NCBI GenBank assembly: GCA_963833095.1
Contig: CAWHWQ010000001.1
Location: 864,001 to 928,000, forward strand
DNA from: Vulcanimicrobiota bacterium
GTDB taxonomy: Bacteria > Vulcanimicrobiota > Vulcanimicrobiia > Vulcanimicrobiales > Vulcanimicrobiaceae
Reading direction: 5' to 3'
DNA length: 64,000 nt
Shown: in pieces, positions 57,555 to 64,000 of the stretch
Numbering within the stretch: position 1 is the first letter of the stretch
Layout of the letters: the number at the start of each line of letters is the position of its first letter
The notes under the pieces: generated by a model
Databases searched by the model: none
Told to the model about the DNA's origin: nothing
Seen by the model: only the letters and a program-made list of their open reading frames with translations
Program-made: the position numbers and the translations under genes

Positions 57555-59105
57555 ATGTTGCAGCGCGTACGCGTCTGGTCCATCTCTCTCGCGTCACTCG
57601 GCATTGTCACGTTAGCGGCGTGCTCCGGGGGCGGCGGCAGCCAAAACCCCGCAACGCTTGCTTCACCGGTCGCGACTGCGACGACGAAAACCTCACCCGT
57701 GCCGACCGCGACGAGTTCGCTGGCGCCGAGTGGAACAGCGCTGAACTGGCCGGTGTTTGGGCACGATCCAGCGCGCAGCGGCGTCGACGTTGGCGATACT
57801 ACTCTCAATTCAGCGAATGTTTCCACGCTTGTTGAGAAATGGCAGATTTCGTTTGGGAGCGGGAACGTGGCGGACTCCACACCGATTCTGCTAACCAACA
57901 TCCAGGTTGCTGGGACCGCGCAGCAGATGCTCTATCAAACCGCCAAGAACGGCGAGACCTTCGCAATCGAAGCGCAGACCGGAAAAATTATATGGACATA
58001 CTCGACGAGCGGGCCGCAAATTACGACCTCGACGCCGGCTGCCGATCCGAGCGGTACGGCAATCTACGTTCCCGGCGTCGACGGAAAAGTGCATAAGCTC
58101 AATGCGGCAACCGGTGCAGAAATGAGCGCGACCGGATTTCCCGCCACGATCACGACGATTCCCGGCACCGAAAAGGACGCTTCGGCACTGAACGTCGCAA
58201 ACGGCTACCTGTACGCGACGACGTCGGGATACGATGGCGACGCGCCATATTACGACGGTCATGTAGTGAGCGTGAATCTCTCGACCGGTGCAACCAACGT
58301 GTTCAACTCGCTGTGTAGCACGCAGACTACGTTGCCGACAAGCGCGTCGTGTCCGCACAGCGACTCGGGCATTTGGGCACGCGGCGGCGCGGTCGTCGAT
58401 CCGTATCCGTCGATGAACGGCGACGTCTACGTTGCGACCGGCAACGGCTTGTATGACGGCACCAACAACTACGGCGACTCCGTGATCGCGCTGTCGGCAA
58501 ACGTTTCGTCGATGATTGGCAGTTACACACCATCGACGTATACGATTTTGCAACAAGACGATACCGACGTCGGCTCGACCTCGCCAACCTTGCTCCCGTT
58601 TCAGAGTATTAGCGCGACGCCGCTGATGCTGGCGCAGGGCGGAAAAGACAGCATCCTACGGCTGTTGAACCGCTCGCCGCTTCCCGGCGGCACCGCCGGT
58701 GAGCTGCAAGAGATCACTTTGCCGTCTCGATTGTATGCAACCCCCGCGGTCTGGACCAATGCGCAGGGCGTGACGTACATCTTCTTCGGATTGCCAAATC
58801 AGATCGATGCCTACGAGCTCGAGACCAATGGGGCCGGTGTGAGCAGCCTCGCGCAAGCGTGGACCGCGCAAGACGGGTCGACAAGCGGCGAGGGAACTTC
58901 GCCGGTGGTCAGCAACGGCATCGTCTTCGTCGCGATGGATAACGCCATCTTTGCGCTTTCAGCGCAGACGGGGACGGAATTGTGGAGCAGCGCGAGCACC
59001 GCGCATTCGATCGGGCCCGTGCACTGGCAAAGTCCGATTGTCATAAACGGCTGGGTCTACTGCTCGGATCAGAACGGGAATCTTACAGCATACGGCTTGC
59101 CGTAA
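57555..59105 (+). CDS. PQQ-binding-like beta-propeller lipoprotein
   Basis: Lipobox LAAC, W..FG.D..RSG, TG...W repeats, GIW..GG, TGNG, D.D.GS, SP....G.VY. Confidence 0.88.
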   Translation: MLQRVRVWSISLASLGIVTLAACSGGGGSQNPATLASPVATATTKTSPVPTATSSLAPSGTALNWPVFGHDPARSGVDVGDTTLNSANVSTLVEKWQISFGSGNVADSTPILLTNIQVAGTAQQMLYQTAKNGETFAIEAQTGKIIWTYSTSGPQITTSTPAADPSGTAIYVPGVDGKVHKLNAATGAEMSATGFPATITTIPGTEKDASALNVANGYLYATTSGYDGDAPYYDGHVVSVNLSTGATNVFNSLCSTQTTLPTSASCPHSDSGIWARGGAVVDPYPSMNGDVYVATGNGLYDGTNNYGDSVIALSANVSSMIGSYTPSTYTILQQDDTDVGSTSPTLLPFQSISATPLMLAQGGKDSILRLLNRSPLPGGTAGELQEITLPSRLYATPAVWTNAQGVTYIFFGLPNQIDAYELETNGAGVSSLAQAWTAQDGSTSGEGTSPVVSNGIVFVAMDNAIFALSAQTGTELWSSASTAHSIGPVHWQSPIVINGWVYCSDQNGNLTAYGLP

Positions 59106-59176
59106 CGCCGTCCAGCGGTCTTTGGGGGTCGCGAGCGGCCTGTGGTCGTAACCCTTTTCTCACGGAGGTTCCCGCA

Positions 59177-59563
59177 ATGTTCATCGCGCGCGCGCTCTTT
59201 CACGTCACCGCCTTCAGCCTCATTGCTGCGTCGACGCCAGCCACCGCCGTAGCCAATCCAACACTCACCGCTTCGCCTTCGACGTTGAACCTTCGAGTTG
59301 GGCAACGCGAGACGGTTACCGTCACGCGCAAACCCGGCGCCTCGAAAGGCGAATGGGTGGAGATCAAGGTCGTAAAGGAAGCCTCTACGTGCTTCGAATA
59401 CCCGCGCGTTCATCCGATCAGCACGTCGATGGGCGGCAATGGCGACATTCAGGTCATCAACAAATACGTCTACGAAGGCAGCTATCCCGGCTCGTGCACG
59501 TATACGTACCAGGATAATCGCGGCACTCGCACGACCGTCACGATTAACGTCGCGCCAAAATAG
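59177..59563 (+). CDS. Secreted Ig-like hypothetical protein
   Basis: GGAGG RBS, signal peptide, 'LTASP..L.L.VG....VTV', 'G.CT.T..D..G......I.V'. Confidence 0.7.
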   Translation: MFIARALFHVTAFSLIAASTPATAVANPTLTASPSTLNLRVGQRETVTVTRKPGASKGEWVEIKVVKEASTCFEYPRVHPISTSMGGNGDIQVINKYVYEGSYPGSCTYTYQDNRGTRTTVTINVAPK

Positions 59564-59580
59564 CAAGAGGAGGTTCAGCC

Positions 59581-59919
59581 GTGGGACATCGTTTCTTTGG
59601 CGCAATGTTGGCAACACTTTTTGCCGCAACAGGTATCGCCAGCGCCGACTGCTACGTTTACGGGAAAGACGGCCTGAGGCCGTGGGACTCGAACAAGTGC
59701 CAGGAGATCAGCGGCGGCTTTCGTTGCCCAAACAACACAGCGACCGCAGTGTCGTTCCGCGACCCGAAGCGCAGCAACGGTTGTGGGATTTCGGTCAAGA
59801 GCCAGGGCAGCAACGGCCGGTGGGACGTTGCGGCGATGTCACCCCGCGGATGGGCAACCTGGACGTGCGCCATCAGGCAGATCGGCAGCAACACCTACGA
59901 CATCTATCCTCCGCATTGA
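59581..59919 (+). CDS. Small secreted Cys-rich hypothetical protein
   Basis: GAGGAGG RBS, GTG start, signal ending ASA, 5 Cys. Confidence 0.7.
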   Translation: MGHRFFGAMLATLFAATGIASADCYVYGKDGLRPWDSNKCQEISGGFRCPNNTATAVSFRDPKRSNGCGISVKSQGSNGRWDVAAMSPRGWATWTCAIRQIGSNTYDIYPPH

Positions 59920-59935
59920 TCGCACGTCGCGCGAG

Positions 59936-59995
59936 AAAAGAAAAAGCCCCGTAAAAACGGGGCTCAAGTGGTAGCGCCAACGGGAATCGAACCCG
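59936..59995 (-). mobile_element. att site: tRNA 3' fragment (T-arm + acceptor strand + CCA) with downstream terminator (copy C)
   Basis: Reverse complement of 59969-59995 = CGGGTTCGATTCCCGTTGGCGCTACCA; no D/anticodon arm upstream; terminator AGCCCCGT/ACGGGGCT + U-tract. Confidence 0.85.
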
Positions 59996-60096
59996 CCACC
60001 GAGGCTGCAGATGACTGCAAGCTCTCCGAGAAATCGCGGTAAAATTGAGATCTTACGGACCTTCTACTGCGAGCTGATGCATTCTGATGCAGATGC

Positions 60097-60118
60097 TAGG
60101 TAGACATTTAGGTAGACA
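60097..60118. repeat. Direct repeat TAGGTAGACA x2 (putative tyrosine-integrase arm sites)
   Basis: 60097-60106 and 60109-60118; about 100 bp inside att; CTGATGCA x2 at 60074/60084. Confidence 0.6.
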
Positions 60119-60437
60119 CGGCTGGTAGCTCGCTAGAGACGCGTAGCAAGGGCACCTGAAGAGCCGCTCACGATTTTCGAATCACACGATAGTTCACTCC
60201 GCGCGCTCGCGGACGCTGGCTTCGTGGACCCCCTGCGCGATCGGCGCTCGAGCTTGATCCGCCTGAGGAGGCGAGCTAGCGATAGTCTTTTGGAGTCGCT
60301 TGGTGGTATTATCACGTCAGGTCTGGGGCCGGGCGTTGCCAATGCGCTCGCGGCAACAGCGTCTGGCGCTGGCAACCAGCACCAGACAGATGCTTGTTTG
60401 GCGACGCTAGTTTAATGTAGAGGGATCAGGGCAGGAG

Positions 60438-60710
60438 ATGCTTATGACGGCAGCAGCAACCCAGGCGCCGCTAGTCGCGGCATCTGACGACAAGGCGCAT
60501 CTCGAAATCGCAGTCGCCGTGGAGGGGCTTGGTGTGCGCTTTCGCGGCACTCGCGACGCCATCTTGCTATTCGAGCGGCTCCCTGAACTGGGCGAGACTA
60601 ACGCTGACGTAGTCGCTTACCAAGTCCTTTCGAAGCTGGCGGAAGTTCACTCGACGTCAGATGAAGCGCGCGCGTTCTTGGATCAGCACCGAGAACTAGG
60701 CATCATTTAG
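60438..60710 (+). CDS. Hypothetical protein (island operon gene 1)
   Basis: AGGAG RBS (ATG 60438 or 60444), 90 aa. Confidence 0.6.
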   Translation: MLMTAAATQAPLVAASDDKAHLEIAVAVEGLGVRFRGTRDAILLFERLPELGETNADVVAYQVLSKLAEVHSTSDEARAFLDQHRELGII

Positions 60711-60717
60711 ATCGCCA

Positions 60718-61566
60718 GTGAGCTGGTTCCATCAAGAAGACGATGAGGCGCCCGCTCCGCTTCCGGACGCCAAGTATGTAATCTGGGCGCTCTATGCGCT
60801 AGTCCCGGTTCTTTTGGGGCCGGCTATTTACTATTGGTGGCTTCTCCGGGACCACTTTTCGTGGTCGCGATGCGTACTCGGCGACGCGCCCTGTTCGCTA
60901 GCCGTCTCGACGTATCTACTGTGCCTAGTGACGCTTTTTGCTTTTATCGCCGCATACACTGCTGCAGTCTATGCCGCAAGAGCGCTGCGCAACGAACAGC
61001 GCGCCGCTTTGGCCATTCAGCGGTGTAGGCGCAAGCACAGAAATAAACGGGGCGCTGTCGAGCTCTATCTCGACGAATCGATCGGGCGACTCTTCACCGA
61101 AGACCCGCCAGCCGGATTTGAAAGGCGGACTTGGTTTTCGACGTGTTTTCTCGCAAGTGGCGTCGGGCGCTCACCAGTGGTCAATGCGCAACTGGATTTT
61201 GCCGCCGCCTTCTCCGGCGACAGGCAGATGATCGATGGAACGGCTTACTTGGGCACACTTGAAGCGATCGGAAGGGCCCACATCGTTATCTGGGCGCCGC
61301 GTCGGAATCTTAAGATCGTGTGGTCACCCAGAGCAACTCATAATGAAGGCAAGGCTCTCAGGCTCTACATACAGGCGAGAGAAGCCGCCGAGCCTACAGT
61401 GGTACTACCACTCACGTTTGGGATGGGCGAACAAGCCCCGGCCCAATTTGAAGGTCCAGCGACCCGGCCGGAGCCGCCCCGATCAATCTGGCAAAGGATC
61501 GGGACGACTTTAGGACAGGCACTTACTTCCGTGAAGAAAAAAATGTCGGCTTGGCGCATACGATGA
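60718..61566 (+). CDS. Hypothetical 2-TM membrane protein with soluble C-terminal domain (island operon gene 2)
   Basis: 282-aa ORF, two hydrophobic segments, 7 nt after gene 1. Confidence 0.65.
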   Translation: MSWFHQEDDEAPAPLPDAKYVIWALYALVPVLLGPAIYYWWLLRDHFSWSRCVLGDAPCSLAVSTYLLCLVTLFAFIAAYTAAVYAARALRNEQRAALAIQRCRRKHRNKRGAVELYLDESIGRLFTEDPPAGFERRTWFSTCFLASGVGRSPVVNAQLDFAAAFSGDRQMIDGTAYLGTLEAIGRAHIVIWAPRRNLKIVWSPRATHNEGKALRLYIQAREAAEPTVVLPLTFGMGEQAPAQFEGPATRPEPPRSIWQRIGTTLGQALTSVKKKMSAWRIR

Positions 61567-61829
61567 AAGCGACGACCCCCGAAGATCCTCGAAAGCCGCT
61601 TTTGTCGAAGCGAAAGATAGCTGAGCGACGATATATATTCGTCCTGATCTTACTCTCGGTCTTGCTCACGGCTGGCGGTTTCTATGTCATCAACTTAGGC
61701 GAAATTGCCGACGCCAAGTACTTCCGCGTCGCGGATCACAAAGACCGAGAGACAAAGAAATCGACTAGCAGACATTGCCAGCCGATAGTTCGAGCCACTG
61801 GGAAACCTGCGCGGCCGCCTAAGCATTAG
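61563..61829 (+). CDS. Small single-TM basic protein (island operon gene 3)
   Basis: ATGA overlap with gene 2 stop; YIFVLILLSVLLTAGGFYVI TM. Confidence 0.5.
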   Translation: MKATTPEDPRKPLLSKRKIAERRYIFVLILLSVLLTAGGFYVINLGEIADAKYFRVADHKDRETKKSTSRHCQPIVRATGKPARPPKH

Positions 61830-62266
61830 CCACTCTTGAGGCGCGAATAATAGTTTCTCATCGACTCTTTCGTGATTTCTTCGTTCGCACGCTCCCCATC
61901 AAGAACGCCAGCACGCTTGCGAGCCTCAAGCCACGGCTGCTCGCCGTGAGTTAGCGCGCTTAAATATCCAGCAGTCTTGCTGCCATAAAATTTTAGGACG
62001 CTATCGACCGCGGACCTTGACGTGCCCGAAACGACAGATGGCGAACCACCCGCTACCGAATCAACGGTGAACTGATACTTATTCGCGTCCCAAACGTCAG
62101 GGGTGACAGGACCGTTTGCCCACGCCTCGATGCGGTCAGGGAACAACGACCGACCGGTCCAGACCAGATGCCAGGCTTGCGCGTAGTAAACGAGCTTCTG
62201 CAGCTTCATCGCCGGCATAGGGCCGAGCTTTTGCAGAATGTAAGCAGCCACATCGCGCGCCTTCAT
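61826..62266 (-). CDS. Panacea (DUF4065/SocA/GepA-like) antitoxin-domain protein
   Basis: A.DVA.YIL, MKLQKLVYYAQ, LF.D.IEAWANGPV, L..LTH.E.PW, I....M..YY; AAGGAGG RBS. Confidence 0.92.
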   Translation of the reverse strand: MKARDVAAYILQKLGPMPAMKLQKLVYYAQAWHLVWTGRSLFPDRIEAWANGPVTPDVWDANKYQFTVDSVAGGSPSVVSGTSRSAVDSVLKFYGSKTAGYLSALTHGEQPWLEARKRAGVLDGERANEEITKESMRNYYSRLKSG

Positions 62267-62351
62267 GCTGTCCCCTCCTTTCCGCTATTGCAACGGTACT
62301 CTTCTAGACTGAGAATCGGAGAATCCAGTTCCCCGCCTTAAAGAATAACAA

Positions 62352-62389
62352 ATTTCTAGATTCCTAGCAATCTAGAAATATGCTAAAAT
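62352..62389 (+). promoter_or_regulatory. Palindromic operator and extended -10 promoter
   Basis: ATTTCTAGATT-N6-AATCTAGAAAT (62352-62379); TG-C-TAAAAT (62381-89); extra TTCTAGA half-site at 62302. Confidence 0.65.
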
Positions 62390-62398
62390 CGGGTTCCT

Positions 62399-62599
62399 AT
62401 GACCCGACGCCTGGATTGCCAAGTGGGCCTGAACGTCTCTGAGCAGGCCAAGCTTCGCCTAGCCAGGCTTGTGATCGATCTCCGAGAACGCGGCCGATCT
62501 GCTTCGCAAGGGGCGATTTTGGATGTCCTTATTCTCCGCGCGTACCCGGAACAGATCGAAGATCACTTCCCCCCTAGGATTCGTCCGCACAAGACTTAG
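62399..62599 (+). CDS. Small ribbon-helix-helix-like DNA-binding protein (leaderless)
   Basis: QVGLNVS strand then two amphipathic helices (...SQGAILDVLI); ATG 10 nt after the -10 box. Confidence 0.5.
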   Translation: MTRRLDCQVGLNVSEQAKLRLARLVIDLRERGRSASQGAILDVLILRAYPEQIEDHFPPRIRPHKT

Positions 62600-62779
62600 C
62601 TGCCCATTTGACGTCGGGCGACGCCTCAGCCAACGGCTGCCGAGCGCGGAGTCAGTTAACATCTAGTCACCTGCGCCGACGATCACTCGCGACGCTTTGG
62701 TCTATTGCTCTGCCTTCAATGTCGCCGCGTATCCATCTGATTACGACTGCTCCCACGGCTTAGCGCGCCAACGCCGCTG

Positions 62780-63727
62780 CTACTCATCGGGCGGGTCGAG
62801 AATCCCGTACTCGTTGGCTATTGCCTTGAAGCGCTCGTTAAAGTCGTCGAACAGAGGTACTACATCGACGCCGAGGCGTTGGAATGCAACGAGAATAGCG
62901 AGCAGAAACGACATGCCCCGAGAAAGGCAGAACAGCCATTTTCCATCGTCCGTTATCGCGCGCTGAATCGGCCAATCGGGACGCTGCGCAATTCTGTTCG
63001 CTACCTCGCCGAGGGCGATGATTTCGGCGTGTGACCACTTACTCCAACCGTGCCACTCGTGCTTTTCCAGTATCGCCGCTTCCTGTTGCGCGTCGTTCAG
63101 CAGAGCGCCTGTCAGCCTTCGATCGGTCGCAGTTTCGCTCGCGCGTTGAAACAGTTCGTCAAGCTTCCCTTGAACCTGAACGTCGTCGAGGTGCCGGGCA
63201 GCCTCGCGCTGGGACGCGACCAGCGAACGATACACCCGCAACGCAAACGCCGTATCCGCTCGGTACGCACGTAGTCGTAGATCGCATTCGCCCAACGCCC
63301 GCAGGTGGATTCTCGCTGCGCTCGACACTCCGGCAGTAACGAGCGTGAGGACCGCCTCCGCCTCTGCGGCCGCGATGGCTCCCGTGGCGATGGTCAACTG
63401 TTGGAGCGCGCATTCTTGTGGGTCGGTCGATGTCGGCTGCGCTCGCGCATAGCGGATAGCCGAAAGCAACGCCGTGATGCATTGGCCGAACACCTCAGCT
63501 AGACGCTGGTCGGGGAATGCTGCATTGGTCAAGAACTGCACGCGTTCTTGCGCCTCCGGCTCCGGTTGCCCCGTAAGCGTGAAGGGAAGGTCTGGGTCAA
63601 GGGCGCTCATAGGATCTCCTCCCGCAGGCCATTTGATCGCGACGTCGTCAGACCAATCCCGACGTTCACTGGCGCCGAAGTTTTCGGGCCGTTCAAAATT
63701 CAACTCGAAGCTATTCTCTTGACTCAT
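62780..63727 (-). CDS. All-helical hypothetical protein, DUF5677-like (alternative start 63610)
   Basis: 'SAARIHLRALGE' and 'W..WSKWSH' resemble the A..L.R...E / Y..LS...H pattern; GGAGGAG RBS before ATG 63610. Confidence 0.6.
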   Translation of the reverse strand: MSQENSFELNFERPENFGASERRDWSDDVAIKWPAGGDPMSALDPDLPFTLTGQPEPEAQERVQFLTNAAFPDQRLAEVFGQCITALLSAIRYARAQPTSTDPQECALQQLTIATGAIAAAEAEAVLTLVTAGVSSAARIHLRALGECDLRLRAYRADTAFALRVYRSLVASQREAARHLDDVQVQGKLDELFQRASETATDRRLTGALLNDAQQEAAILEKHEWHGWSKWSHAEIIALGEVANRIAQRPDWPIQRAITDDGKWLFCLSRGMSFLLAILVAFQRLGVDVVPLFDDFNERFKAIANEYGILDPPDE

Positions 63728-64000
63728 CCTCAGGAGGAATTAACGTCCAAATCTGTTGCAGCGGAATTAGCGTCTGCATCTCCTCAGAGAGCAGCGGATA
63801 GACCTTCAGTAGCTCTGTGACGAGATCGAATCCGGTCCAAAGACGGAGTCGAAAGAAATTCCGGCGCGCTTCACGTACCGCCGGCCCCGTGAAGCCACCC
63901 CATGCGACAAACAGACCATGGTCAGCGCCGAAATTCTTCAGTGCACCGTCAAGTTCGCGGACCGGCTTTACATCAACGCGGCCAGCCTCAGACTTGACCT
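63711..64000 (-). CDS. mrr: Mrr-family restriction endonuclease, C-terminal part (partial)
   Basis: Manual translation: (Q)VKSEAGRVDVKPVRELDGALKNFGADHGLFVAWGGFTGPAVREARRNFFRLRLWTGFDLVTELLKVYPLLSEEMQTLIPLQQIWTLIPPEDESRE*; QxK, GLFV.WGGF, RLW and PL..IW.L are typical Mrr_cat motifs. Confidence 0.85.
   Translation of the reverse strand, partial: VKSEAGRVDVKPVRELDGALKNFGADHGLFVAWGGFTGPAVREARRNFFRLRLWTGFDLVTELLKVYPLLSEEMQTLIPLQQIWTLIPPEDESRE

Larger units (their letters stand above)
59969..64000. mobile_element. Left end of a tRNA-integrated genomic island (defence cargo), continues beyond the window
   Basis: att fragment, arm-like repeats, visibly more AT-rich sequence, Panacea and Mrr genes. 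Confidence 0.75.

Noticed and set aside
59969..60045. A second functional tRNA gene
   Set aside because: Only the T-arm, acceptor 3' strand and CCA are present. The upstream sequence cannot form D/anticodon arms or the 5' acceptor strand.
60133..60375. 80-aa minus-strand ORF next to att as an excisionase/integrase remnant
   Set aside because: No HTH or recombinase motif is recognisable
63918..64000. Plus-strand ORF start MVSAEILQCTVKF at the right edge
   Set aside because: The opposite strand gives a convincing Mrr C-terminus over the same bases

Overview
GC-rich bacterial chromosomal window. The gene style (copper-amine-oxidase stalk + beta-barrel protein, DUF5693, many Pro/Thr-rich secreted proteins) suggests Ca. 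Eremiobacterota/Vulcanimicrobiota; this is an inference, not shown. Bases 1-50 kb are mostly core/flexible genes. They include a partial DUF5693 gene behind a riboswitch-like leader, enoyl-CoA hydratase, tRNA-Val(TAC), CtpA protease, CopA and Sua5. A Liv-type ABC operon runs into a cysteine-dioxygenase-like gene and an FAD/NAD(P)-binding gene, with a second divergent Liv-type operon. An osaA/osaC-like locus has a 1873-aa poly-HAMP hybrid kinase (nine units at an exact 276-bp period), a divergent PP2C-RsbW fusion and a CheR homolog that has lost its SAM-binding/catalytic motifs. Also present are a Csu-type chaperone-usher pilus operon, a frameshifted katG, cysteine synthase, a TM-GAF-STAND-TPR protein and a class V aminotransferase/MFS pair. 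From about 50 kb there are three progressively more complete copies of a tRNA 3' end plus terminator (about 50.0, 53.2 and 60.0 kb), suggesting stacked integrations at one tRNA. The last copy is an att site with arm-type repeats that opens a probable defence island. That island carries a 3-gene operon of unknown function, an orphan Panacea antitoxin with a divergent RHH-like regulator and operator, a DUF5677-like gene and a partial Mrr endonuclease missed by the ORF track. No CRISPR array, rRNA or integrase is visible. All family calls are by motif recognition only.
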